A DNA stretch of 64,000 nt, from the NCBI GenBank assembly GCA_030550585.1, contig JAUQPB010000003.1, positions 68,333-132,332 of the forward strand, in the 5' to 3' direction. Origin of the DNA: Thermoproteota archaeon. GTDB taxonomy: Archaea > Thermoproteota > Thermoprotei_A > Sulfolobales > Ignisphaeraceae. Both the position numbers and the translations under genes were made by a program. A model generated the notes under the pieces. It had not been told where the DNA came from. It did not search any database and saw only the letters and a program-made list of their open reading frames with translations. Positions 8,936-18,544 of the stretch are shown piece by piece; the stretch's first letter is position 1; each line of letters starts with the position of its first letter.

Positions 8936-10204
8936 CTATGCAACCTCTATAGGTGGTGTTGAAACAGCTTCCCCTATTTCTAGCACCTCAAGATTTGCCA
9001 CAGCGATGTTAACTACATCAGCTCTCTGTACCTCTCCGAAAATCTCTGGGTGGATAACCTTGGAGAGTATATCCAAAGCCTCAACAATCCTTGGGCCGGG
9101 TCTGCTAACAACATCGTCTGCTTCTCCCATCAACAGATAAACCCTTCCATTCTTCCAAGCGGTTGTATTAACAAGAGGTGTTGCAACAAGCTCTTGATAG
9201 ACAGACTTTGGATCCACATCGTGTACTGTGACAATTATTATCTCAGGATCCTTAGACAAGATAAATTCGTAGCTTAGCGTAGGCCATTTGCTATAGCCAG
9301 ACGCTATATTGTTTCCACCAGCTGTTGTTATAACCCAATTGATAAATGTGTCTCCACCAGTGCTGTACAAGCCCCATGATGGTGGCCCTACAAGCCACAA
9401 AACCCTTGGCTTGGATGCATTGACCAACTTGCTGCTTATCTCATCTATCTTTCTCTGCATAGACTCTACAATCTCTTTAGCCTTATCCTCAACACCGAAG
9501 ATCTGGCCCAGCGTCATGAGATCTGCATAGATATCATACTGGTTTCTAGCTGCATCACATATGAGGAAGAATGTCTTTATCCCAGCCTCTTCAAGCTTTG
9601 CTCTAAACCCTGTCTCCTGAGGTGATACATCCCTGCACATAAAGACCACATCGGGCTTTAAACTAATTATCTTCTCCACATCCAGTGTCCACGGACCACC
9701 AACAACAGTTATCTTACCTTGTTTAACAAGGTCTAGAACCTCTGGTGGATAATTGGAGTAGGAGTCCACTCCAACAACTCTATCCCCAACTCCTATAGCA
9801 AATAGATCCTCTGTTATGCTAGGAATTGTGGATACAACTCTTTTTGGAGGTTCATTAAATGTTATTTCTCTTCCCAATGCATCAACAATTGTTCTTGGCC
9901 ATGTTACTTGTACTGTTTCAACAATTGTTGTTGGGATAGATGTTGAGACAGTTTTAATCGTAATGATTGTTGTTGGTAGTGTAGCTGAGGTGGTAAACGT
10001 TAGAGTTGTTAACGAAGCAGATGCAATTGTTGTATATAGTGTTGTGTACATCGTTGTAGTTTGTACTATAGAAGTGTAGATAGGAGATGTTGAGGTTATT
10101 GTGATGGTTGTTGTTGGCTTTGGAGCTATGATGTTTGGTGTATACCCTATTGCAATACCTATTATCAATGCTATTGCAATCAAGGCTATGTGTTTTGCCT
10201 GCAT
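8936..10204 (-). CDS. btuF: Corrinoid ABC transporter substrate-binding protein with N-terminal anchor and Thr-rich stalk
   Basis: Hydrophobic N-terminus, about 70-residue Thr-rich linker, then RVVSTIPSITE, VGVDSYSNYP and RPGPR. Confidence 0.88.
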   Translation of the reverse strand: MQAKHIALIAIALIIGIAIGYTPNIIAPKPTTTITITSTSPIYTSIVQTTTMYTTLYTTIASASLTTLTFTTSATLPTTIITIKTVSTSIPTTIVETVQVTWPRTIVDALGREITFNEPPKRVVSTIPSITEDLFAIGVGDRVVGVDSYSNYPPEVLDLVKQGKITVVGGPWTLDVEKIISLKPDVVFMCRDVSPQETGFRAKLEEAGIKTFFLICDAARNQYDIYADLMTLGQIFGVEDKAKEIVESMQRKIDEISSKLVNASKPRVLWLVGPPSWGLYSTGGDTFINWVITTAGGNNIASGYSKWPTLSYEFILSKDPEIIIVTVHDVDPKSVYQELVATPLVNTTAWKNGRVYLLMGEADDVVSRPGPRIVEALDILSKVIHPEIFGEVQRADVVNIAVANLEVLEIGEAVSTPPIEVA

Positions 10205-10344
10205 ATGGTTACCCTAGCCATATAGAGTTCATACATATAGTTAAAAAGCTTTGTTGAAAGCCTTACAAAAATTGGATAACCATTGTGTGCTTCGTTTTAG
10301 CTAAAGACAAAAGACTTATAAATTTATGTGGCTAGCCTAACCAT

Positions 10345-11145
10345 TTGGTGTTACAACTGAGAATTGTTAGCCTGTCTCCAGCTGTTACCGAAACCCTTGT
10401 CCTCTTGGGACTTGAAGATGAGATTGTTGGTATAACACCATGGTGCAGAATGTACTTGAATAATCCAGCAGAAAAAGAGATTGCAGGAACATATCTTCAC
10501 GTGCCCATCAAAAAGCTCAAGGATCTCAGCCCTGATATAGTCTTTCTTCAGTCGAGGGTGCACGACAAGATCTTCAGCGATGTCAGGTCTGCTGGGTTTA
10601 ATGCATATTTAATGCCTTTGCCAACCAATGTCAATGCCATAATATCGCATATAGTCCTTGATGTGGGTGCAATCACTGGTAGATATTATGAGTCTAGGAG
10701 GTTAGCTGAAGAGCTTCTAGACAAGGTTATGGATATATATAGGAGGTCTAGAGGTGGGAAGAGGCTAAGGATATATGTTGAGTATCTGTGGCCCGACAAA
10801 ACATATTCGACAAGCGGTGCTCTTACATACATAGACGATGGTATTTGGATAGCTGGTGGAGAGAACATCTTTCATAGTGTGCCAAAGGAATTCTTTAATC
10901 CTAGAGATGAAGATATTGTAGCAGGGGATCCAGATTTGATACTTGTGAATATAGAGCCGCCATGGGAATCCCTGACAGTGGATAAGTATAAAGAGATTAG
11001 AGAGCCTCTATCAGAGTTGAAGGCGTTCAAGTATAACAGGATTCTGTTGGTTAAAGAGACTAGAGATGTTAATCTAGCGCACTTTGGGCCTTCGTTCATA
11101 TCGACAGTAGACTGGTTGTCGAAGACATTAAGGCAATACCTATAG
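10345..11145 (+). CDS. BtuF-like helical-backbone binding protein without a signal peptide
   Basis: Starts directly at RIVSLSPAVTE; AGGENIF and HFGP motifs; no hydrophobic leader. Confidence 0.75.
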   Translation: MVLQLRIVSLSPAVTETLVLLGLEDEIVGITPWCRMYLNNPAEKEIAGTYLHVPIKKLKDLSPDIVFLQSRVHDKIFSDVRSAGFNAYLMPLPTNVNAIISHIVLDVGAITGRYYESRRLAEELLDKVMDIYRRSRGGKRLRIYVEYLWPDKTYSTSGALTYIDDGIWIAGGENIFHSVPKEFFNPRDEDIVAGDPDLILVNIEPPWESLTVDKYKEIREPLSELKAFKYNRILLVKETRDVNLAHFGPSFISTVDWLSKTLRQYL

Positions 11146-11157
11146 CAGAAACAGAAT

Positions 11158-12003
11158 GTGCATAGCAGGTGCGCGAAACTGGGTATAGACATGGATTCGA
11201 CAAGTAGAGATAAAGGCGTTAGGACAAGAGTCTATCACATAACATTCTATGACCACGACAACTCTGCGTACATCCAATTCCTCGGATGTAATCTCAGCTG
11301 TCTGGGTTGCATAAGAAAGAGGTATCTGTGGGACCACCACATCGAGAACATAGACCAGGCAATAGATGCGAAAACAGCGATCAGAACCCTAACGCTTGGC
11401 GAACTAGAAGATATTTTGAGAAAAGCTGTGGATGTGCTTGGCCTCAGAAGAGCTGTTCTTGGAGGGGGAGAGCCAACTTCAGATCCAAGCTTCTGCCAAA
11501 TCATCGAGATCCTTGGTGAACTGGGCCTCAGCATTTCAATTCTTACAAACGGCTATGAACTAGATAGGGTATTAGGCTGCATACCTCCAAAGACTTTGAT
11601 AGAGCTCAGCATCAAAAGCATAGACAGCACAAAATACAGTTTATATACAGGTGGCGGGGATCTAAATAAGGTTTTGAAAAACTTTGAAATGTTGCTCAAC
11701 ACACAACTAAATGTTGTGGTAGAGACAATACTCATTCCACAATTCAACGATGTTGACGATATCGAGAAACTGGCTATGTACATAGCTGGCAAAGACCCTG
11801 GAATACCCCTCATAATAGATGAATATATACCTGTGCCCCAGACGCCCTGGGGTAGGCCAAGCAGAGAAAGTCTGTTGGATGCATATAGAAGAGCTAGGAA
11901 GTATCTACACATAGTTATAGTCAGATCATCGTATCCAGAGTTTCACACATCCAAGAAGTTGGGAAACACCTTGATACTCTACCCTTCTAGTCAAATCCGC
12001 TAG
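11158..12003 (+). CDS. Radical SAM protein (activating-enzyme-like)
   Basis: GCNLSCLGC (CxxxCxxC), GGGEPT, TNG and ETILIP motifs. Confidence 0.85.
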   Translation: MHSRCAKLGIDMDSTSRDKGVRTRVYHITFYDHDNSAYIQFLGCNLSCLGCIRKRYLWDHHIENIDQAIDAKTAIRTLTLGELEDILRKAVDVLGLRRAVLGGGEPTSDPSFCQIIEILGELGLSISILTNGYELDRVLGCIPPKTLIELSIKSIDSTKYSLYTGGGDLNKVLKNFEMLLNTQLNVVVETILIPQFNDVDDIEKLAMYIAGKDPGIPLIIDEYIPVPQTPWGRPSRESLLDAYRRARKYLHIVIVRSSYPEFHTSKKLGNTLILYPSSQIR

Positions 12004-12059
12004 AAAAACGTTCTCCCCCAGCCCAATGTTCCAAACCTCCTTATCATAATGCTGACCAT

Positions 12060-13109
12060 CTAACTTTGGTCTATGTGTAGTCTTAGTGATGCTTCTCGGT
12101 ATATGGGGTCTAGGAACTGGTAGTTGTGGATTATACTCATATCTTCGAGGTTTTTCAGTATATTGTAGAGTATGCTTGGTGATATGGTTGTCCCCTCTTT
12201 TTCTTCGATGTATCTCTTCAAGCCGCTCCATGTTTTGACTCCCTCGGCTATTCCTCTGAGAGCATATGCGTATCTCTTCCCCCTTTCTCTCACAATGTTC
12301 TGCAGCTCCCCTAGGGCTATGTCTATGGCCAGCTTCTTTATTCTGTCTATATCCCTATTCCCCCTAGCATACTCGTTGCCAAAGAATGTCAGCCAGCCTG
12401 GTATGCCATCGAATTCCTCGACGGCCTTCTCCAGAACCTCTGCCTCCACATCTATTCCCAGCTCTCTGAAACCAGCTTTCAGAAACTCTTGCGAGGTGTC
12501 TCTGTCGAATCTCTCTAGCTTAAGATTAAAGCAGTACCTTCCATAGAGAGGTGAATCGAGTCTGTCGATTCCTAGAAACCCGTAAAGCAAACCAACTTCT
12601 GAACCGGTTAATACAAAGGTTATGTTTCTATCGTAGTCGTATGCATGGGCCAAAGCATTTAAAAACTCCTGCGAGCGGGGGCCTCTAAGCTTTTGAGCCT
12701 CATCAAAAGCTATTATGATTCTCCTCCTGTTAAGAGCATCAAAAAGCGATGAAAGCGTGAGAGAGCCCCTGCCCCTCCACTTAATCTCTACCTCAACACC
12801 CCTAATACTTATACCCGATATCGACTTGAGAACATCATACAGCTTATCAAGCTTTGACGAAAACGCCTTCGAAAGCAAGTTATACAAATCCCGCAAGCCA
12901 TAGTTGGTATGCAAATCCCTCAAATCAATTATAACACTAGGAATGCTAACCTCATTGAGAAAAACAGTCAAGAGAGAGGTCTTGCCAATCCTCCTAATAC
13001 CAGAAATAATTATAATAGGTACATCAACATTAGCATGAAGCAACTCAAGCTCGCGATCCCTCCCAAAAAGCTCACTTCTACTAGCCTTAGGCCTGGGATC
13101 AAACAGCAC
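12060..13109 (-). CDS. Archaeal ATPase (AAA-like) with C-terminal winged helix
   Basis: MLFDPRPK start, GIRRIGKTS, FDEAQ, LTGSEVG, PLYGR and DGIPGWL motifs. Confidence 0.88.
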   Translation of the reverse strand: MLFDPRPKASRSELFGRDRELELLHANVDVPIIIISGIRRIGKTSLLTVFLNEVSIPSVIIDLRDLHTNYGLRDLYNLLSKAFSSKLDKLYDVLKSISGISIRGVEVEIKWRGRGSLTLSSLFDALNRRRIIIAFDEAQKLRGPRSQEFLNALAHAYDYDRNITFVLTGSEVGLLYGFLGIDRLDSPLYGRYCFNLKLERFDRDTSQEFLKAGFRELGIDVEAEVLEKAVEEFDGIPGWLTFFGNEYARGNRDIDRIKKLAIDIALGELQNIVRERGKRYAYALRGIAEGVKTWSGLKRYIEEKEGTTISPSILYNILKNLEDMSIIHNYQFLDPIYREASLRLHIDQS

Positions 13110-13110
13110 G

Positions 13111-13144
13111 GTTCTACCCCAGAAGTTATATTCTGGGGTAGAAC
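13111..13144. promoter_or_regulatory. Perfect 14-bp inverted repeat (candidate operator) between TATA box and ATPase start
   Basis: GTTCTACCCCAGAA-gttata-TTCTGGGGTAGAAC; the minus-strand TTTATAAG TATA-like box abuts it and the GTG start is at 13109. Confidence 0.7.
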
Positions 13145-13482
13145 TTATAAACTTTAAATACCAGTCATAATAGCATCATCTAGACAAATTCGAAAACCAA
13201 AACGAGTAGAAAGCAAATCAAAAACAAAACAACAACATGCCCCAGCTTATCAATAAACATGGAATACCAACCCCTTAGTTCTAGGCACTGTACAAGAGCA
13301 TGCAGAACCTACTGTATAGCATGTGATAGCAACAGGGATACTATCAGCAGATCTCTTGTGAAAGAAAACTGTGCAGAGAGCTACAATATCAGTGTAATAC
13401 CACAGGAAAAATAGCAACACATGCAAGCTATCCTCGCTTGATTATAAAACACGACAGCCCGAAAGAGGCTTTTTGAAGCGGG

Positions 13483-13559
13483 GCGGCGCCCAATGATGGA
13501 TCAAGCTATCACTGAACGTGATGAAAGGCTTAGATGAAAGGCTTAGCAACTGACGCCGC
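13483..13559 (+). ncRNA. C/D-box guide sRNA with a 13-bp internal tandem duplication
   Basis: Terminal stem GCGGCG/CGCCGC; C ATGATGG 13493, D' CTGA 13512, C' GTGATGA 13518, D CTGA 13550. Confidence 0.7.
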
Positions 13560-13943
13560 TCAACAATTTCTGTATCTATAACTAAACCTAGATATAAATT
13601 TTTTCTACATATAAAACAATAGACAAGGACTACACAAAACTGGAAGAAGGCATGTACAAGTAGACAGCAGAAAAATATTGTATTTAGCCAGGCACATTAT
13701 TCTCTGCTATTTCTCAAGCTAACAATGCAAATCCTAACCACATCTTCTAGATCATTATAACTGGGAATAACATTAACGCTTGTATGCTTCAAAAATGGGG
13801 GCAGCAATATTGATAACCTTGTCAGAGGAGGACTAGAAGAGAATGTGTCTTTATAGATGCCTCTATCAGATGCGTCGATTTTTGTAGAGAAAGATCTTGC
13901 TACCTGTGTTTGGAGGTCTGGCTATGGGGTCTCACACCCTAGA

Positions 13944-14744
13944 TTATTTCTGTTGACTGGGATTTGCGTTAGGGGTTGCCACGTTTTTGCGTATCATTTC
14001 AAGTAGTTTTTCTTGTAGTGTGATAAACTTCTTTATTCTGATTGGTTTGATAAGTTTGTTTAGGTCTTCTAGGCTTAGCATGCGTTCTTCGCCAGAGACG
14101 TCTATAACTACTTCTACAGAGGCTTTGCCAACGCCTCCATGGTATATCAGCTGTCCCTGGTCTATTATTGTTACTGTCGATGGTTCGAGGTTGTAGAGCT
14201 GGTGTGAGGTTACAATTACTATTCTATCTCTTAACTGTGTTAGTATCTTCTCGAGGGGCTCAATCATAAGGATATCCAAGTTTGCAAAAGGCTCGTCGAG
14301 AAGAACTATCTTAGCATCTTTGCCTAGTGCTATAGCCAACTGCACCCTCTTTCTATAGCCTGCTGATAGTTCAAGATACTTTTTGTGGAGATAGCCCTCA
14401 AGCCCTAGCTCAAGGCTCATCTCCCTCGCTTTCTCATCACCAAGAAAATCTGCGAGTATATCCCCAACCCTCATATTCGGCAAAACAACATCTTCACCAA
14501 CATAGCCCATAAGCTTAACAATAGAGACTGTTGAAATCTTCTCACCTTTTTCTGTAACCGTGTAGATCTCCCCTCGATCAGGCCTTATGAACCCAGCTAT
14601 AGATTTGAGCAACGTACTTTTGCCACTACCGTTAGGCCCTAGAATCAGGTTGACACCCTTTCTGAATACAAGTCTCGGAATTTTCAAGGTGAAGTACTTG
14701 TACCTCTTCTCCAGACCTTCGACAACCACCTGCTCTATCTCCAT
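13944..14744 (-). CDS. ABC transporter ATPase (exporter type)
   Basis: GPNGSGKS, LSAGY, LLDEPF and TSH motifs. Confidence 0.9.
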   Translation of the reverse strand: MEIEQVVVEGLEKRYKYFTLKIPRLVFRKGVNLILGPNGSGKSTLLKSIAGFIRPDRGEIYTVTEKGEKISTVSIVKLMGYVGEDVVLPNMRVGDILADFLGDEKAREMSLELGLEGYLHKKYLELSAGYRKRVQLAIALGKDAKIVLLDEPFANLDILMIEPLEKILTQLRDRIVIVTSHQLYNLEPSTVTIIDQGQLIYHGGVGKASVEVVIDVSGEERMLSLEDLNKLIKPIRIKKFITLQEKLLEMIRKNVATPNANPSQQK

Positions 14745-15139
14745 TTCCTCACCACCGTCAAATCGCCAGCACTTGTTGTATATGGCTCTACATAGGCCTT
14801 AACAAAAATGTTTAGATTTCCAGAGTCGCAGTATAGTGTAGCTGTCTTGGTCTCGCCACCCAAGGCTTTTATCTGCACGGCCTGCTCATCGCAAGATATG
14901 CATGCCTCGATTTGAGTCCTTGGATTAATGGAGACGAGGTAGGTTCCGCGCCCAAGAAAGGCATTGATTGTGAAGATATATGTGTAGTTGTAGGGGTACA
15001 GAGGGGTCTCAAGATCTATATTCGCCGTAGCCCAGGGCACAAAACCTTCTAGAACCAGCAGCATTCCGGCAACGCCTATGCCAAGGAGTGTAGAGACTAG
15101 GACTACAATTTGAGTGGCTTTGCTTCTTCTAATAGCCAA
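14735..15139 (-). CDS. Small membrane-anchored hypothetical protein
   Basis: One N-terminal TM segment; overlaps both neighbouring genes. Confidence 0.7.
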   Translation of the reverse strand: MAIRRSKATQIVVLVSTLLGIGVAGMLLVLEGFVPWATANIDLETPLYPYNYTYIFTINAFLGRGTYLVSINPRTQIEACISCDEQAVQIKALGGETKTATLYCDSGNLNIFVKAYVEPYTTSAGDLTVVRKWR

Positions 15140-15917
15140 CCCTCCCAGCCTCTATAACATCTATAGTGAACAGAATGAATTGAACAGGTGCGACAACAAA
15201 TATAGTCCCGGGCTCCTCCACAATATTCTCTATGCTTATGAGCGCCTTTGCCACATCGAATTTCTGGCTAACTACAAGACATAGGGCAACGAATCCCAGA
15301 AGCCCGAAGATAGATAAGGTAGTGTTTTTGGAGCTCAACGAGAGGAGTGTGGCTATAGGGATTGAGAGCAGTGCCGAGCCTATTGATATCAGCAGAGAAA
15401 GCCCCAATGCTGTGTAGAGCCCCCCAGGGATAATTGCCGTGTATAGTATTGCTGAAAGAGCTAAAGCACTGGAAGCCGCTGAGACAAGCAGCAAAAGGGT
15501 TACACTGGCTAATCTACTTAGAAGTAGCTTAACCCTGCTACCAGCGAATGTCAGCTCTATGAAGAAGTACTTCATTTCGAGGGGCCTTGCAACAGCTATG
15601 GCAACAATCATGCCAGATAACATGAAGTAGAGTATGGATAGGTGGTTCAGGAACCAGCCATAGCCACGCAAGAACATGGTCATATTGATATTGAGCCTGT
15701 TAGCACCCATAGCATTGCAAACAAATTCGCCGACACTTGTAGGGGTAGCCCCTACTACTACCCCAACAGACATGTTCGTCGACATCCCCCATACAGAGTA
15801 CCTATTCGGAACAACATCCTCGTTGATAGCCAGGATAATGGGTAGCAACACAATAGCTATAGCAAGCGCTATGGAAGAGTGCTGAAGCCACACATCCCTG
15901 ATGAACAAGCCCTTCAC
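15129..15917 (-). CDS. Polytopic membrane protein, probable ABC-2-type permease
   Basis: About 6 TM helices with an external loop after TM1; co-transcribed with the ABC ATPase. Confidence 0.65.
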   Translation of the reverse strand: MKGLFIRDVWLQHSSIALAIAIVLLPIILAINEDVVPNRYSVWGMSTNMSVGVVVGATPTSVGEFVCNAMGANRLNINMTMFLRGYGWFLNHLSILYFMLSGMIVAIAVARPLEMKYFFIELTFAGSRVKLLLSRLASVTLLLLVSAASSALALSAILYTAIIPGGLYTALGLSLLISIGSALLSIPIATLLSLSSKNTTLSIFGLLGFVALCLVVSQKFDVAKALISIENIVEEPGTIFVVAPVQFILFTIDVIEAGRVGY

Positions 15918-15922
15918 ATGGT

Positions 15923-16792
15923 TTACCTCTTTTTGGTTATGCGGCGGACGAGCATGAATATGCCTATGGCTATTGCTGCGAATACTGTGATTATTATGCC
16001 GAGTCTCGTGTAATCGATGTAGCTGACGGACTCTGGATAATCGTTTACAGCTATTAAACGCTCTAACATCTCACCAGCTGGACTTAAATAAACGGTTATG
16101 TATCTATCGCCTCCTATGGGCAGGGCACCATCAACAAGTACGGGATAGTGGTGGAGGATATTTAACTCTATGAAGTCGTTGTAATAGCGCACAGATTTTA
16201 AACGTACTGTGCGACCACCATACTCTACAGGCATGACATTTGGTACGGGCTTACCTTGAACAGTATCTATCTCAAGCTCTTTACCAAGATATACAAACTT
16301 GTACTTTGTGGCATTACCATAGCTTATATCGGGTACGACATAGAACGGGAAAAACCCGATGAAACTCCCATTAAGCCACGCATAGTTATTCGACGGATCA
16401 ACGTCGTAGACCAATGCAAGTGTGTAAGAGTAGTTCAAAAGCCTTACATTAATTAGTTTTAGGGCCACATTGCAGTAGATCCGGGGGCTAGAACCCGTAC
16501 AATTCAAATAATCACTATTGTAATAGAGTGGGCCACGAATCTCCACAAGTATCCTATAACGACTATCCACCTTACCACACATCTTCACAGTCACAGTAGC
16601 ATCAGGTATGTACAAACCATTACGCATATAGACAGAGCCATTTCTAACAACGAAATATATGTCTCCTCTAAGCATATAGAGGACATCACAATCCGAAAAA
16701 GCATTGAGAACAGGTTCAAACAGCGCAAAAGAGAAGCAGAGATAGGAAAACACAAAGACAAGCAAAGCCTTAAAAAATGAAACTTTCTTCAA
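15923..16792 (-). CDS. Surface protein with N-terminal signal and C-terminal TM anchor
   Basis: Hydrophobic N-terminus, several NxS/T sequons, C-terminal TM followed by RRITKKR. Confidence 0.75.
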   Translation of the reverse strand: MKKVSFFKALLVFVFSYLCFSFALFEPVLNAFSDCDVLYMLRGDIYFVVRNGSVYMRNGLYIPDATVTVKMCGKVDSRYRILVEIRGPLYYNSDYLNCTGSSPRIYCNVALKLINVRLLNYSYTLALVYDVDPSNNYAWLNGSFIGFFPFYVVPDISYGNATKYKFVYLGKELEIDTVQGKPVPNVMPVEYGGRTVRLKSVRYYNDFIELNILHHYPVLVDGALPIGGDRYITVYLSPAGEMLERLIAVNDYPESVSYIDYTRLGIIITVFAAIAIGIFMLVRRITKKR

Positions 16793-16826
16793 ACCTAGCT
16801 CACCACTTTCTTCAAACTTACCTCAT

Positions 16827-17447
16827 TCACTTGTAGCTCATTTGGTAGCTCATTGATTGTAGAATACTGCATGGTACCAGAGCTGATAGATATAGAGTTG
16901 GATATTCATCCCGCGTTGATGATAGTGCTCCCCACCAAGTGGAGTATGTGATCTTGAAATGAAATATGCCGCTGGTGTAAATTTGTGCATATCCTGTGGA
17001 GGCGCAAGTGCTCCTATTTATCTTAGGATCAGGCAGATAGCCAGAGATATAGCTTATATCATACCGATCCCATCCTCCAGCTCCTCCTACCCAACTCTTC
17101 ATAGCCACACTATATGGTGCCGCAAATGATACGTACCTGCCATGATAGTCTTCATAAATTATTTCTACTAAGGCTCCTGCTACAGCATAATAAGCATCTG
17201 CGCCAGAGACTGTTACAGATACAGTAAAAGTTATGCCTTGATATGTTATACCTAACTTTATTGTTGTGGTTGGACCTACAAATCCGTGTGATACTGAGGC
17301 CGTGGATAGAACTTGATATGCCATTAATGCACTAGCTTTTGGTAGAGTTGGCATTAAGGTGGCTAGGGAGATAGACATGATAATTACGATTCCTGCTATT
17401 ATCTTGTTTTTCGTTTGCATCTTATACATCGATTGCATATACCGCAC
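16827..17447 (-). CDS. Secreted hypothetical protein
   Basis: KNK plus hydrophobic core plus ASA cleavage site; mature part is S/T/Y/G/A-rich with two Cys. Start is 17447 or 17420. Confidence 0.75.
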   Translation of the reverse strand: MRYMQSMYKMQTKNKIIAGIVIIMSISLATLMPTLPKASALMAYQVLSTASVSHGFVGPTTTIKLGITYQGITFTVSVTVSGADAYYAVAGALVEIIYEDYHGRYVSFAAPYSVAMKSWVGGAGGWDRYDISYISGYLPDPKINRSTCASTGYAQIYTSGIFHFKITYSTWWGALSSTRDEYPTLYLSALVPCSILQSMSYQMSYK

Positions 17448-18393
17448 TTGATCTACACTACGTGAATGTTAGGGGTATTAAAATTTTTTGTTCTTGAGGT
17501 TGGGCGGAGAATGCTTGTGCCATGGTGTGGGTTGTGCTTGAGTTGTTTATAGGTCTGGTGTAGTACTGGTATGGGTGTGGGGTTTTCCAAGGGTTTTTCG
17601 GTAGGGGTCTGCAAGTGGGTTTTCATGTACATGTTGCTGTGTGGTGTAGACTAGGAATAGGCTTTGACTTATAGCAAAACGCTCTTTTTGGACGCAGATT
17701 TAAAGACAGCTATGAGAGGTTTCATCGCTATACTGTATCGCAGCTTGTTGAGAGGTGTACGGCTTCGTAAATTCGTTTGTTTTCCGATTTCCAAGGTTTT
17801 TATTGGCTAGTCTATCCCGGGACGCTTCTAATGTTGTTACATGCTATAGGGTCTTCTGGTCTTTTTGCCTACAGCTCGTCTCTGAAACGCTGAAGACCTT
17901 CGGCAAGGTCTAGTGCAGACTGTGCCAGCGTTGTGTTTGAGGCTGTGGCTGTTCATCTTAATCATAGTTGTAGCTGTTTGCACCTCTATTGCTCTCGGCA
18001 TCTATGCTTATACACCGAGCCACAGAAAATGTTCGTTAAATGCATTGCTATTGTGAGGCTTGAGGACGCGATAAGCTATGGGAAGACAGGGCCTTTCGGG
18101 GGAGCTGTTATTACGCCTAACAATGCCAGGTACCACATAGACTCTGTTCCAGTTGATCCACAGTCAAAAAGCTGAAGAGATGCTGTGGAAGAAAGATCAA
18201 AGTATAGAAAGTATAGATAGTGATAGAGCCAAAGTAACCACATATAGCCATAGTGGCTAAGATAGCCAAAAGGCAAACTCTGAGGGGCACGAGAAGACAA
18301 ACTTTTTCTGCCCATACATTCTTTCATCGTGGCCTAGAACAATTGGGCAGGCATAAACTTATCGGAAATGCCGTCAATTCTATAAATATTTTG

Positions 18394-18471
18394 TGGCGGG
18401 CCCGCGGGGATTTGAACCCCGGACCACCGGCTTAGAAGGCCGGCGCTCTCTCCTGGCTGAGCTACGGGCCC
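18394..18471 (-). tRNA. tRNA-Arg(UCU), intronless, CCA encoded
   Basis: GGGCCCG acceptor stem, CCGGC-CTTCTAA-GCCGG anticodon arm, GTTCAAATC T-loop. Confidence 0.97.
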
Positions 18472-18544
18472 TTTGTGTTTTTGTGGTGGCTGTTGATACT
18501 CTTTTGTTTTTGGAGGGTTTTTTAGTTTTGCTTCTCCAATTTTG

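Noticed and set aside
9900-10120. Repetitive GTT/TGT tracts (also ACA tracts at 23620-23770)
   Set aside because: These are Thr-rich linker codons, not a CRISPR array or DNA repeat.
13150-18393. Integrated element with att sites at tRNA-Arg
   Set aside because: No duplicate of the tRNA 3' end, integrase or transposase found. The faint inverted similarity between the flanks (about 10-bp TATAGCATGT) is within chance.
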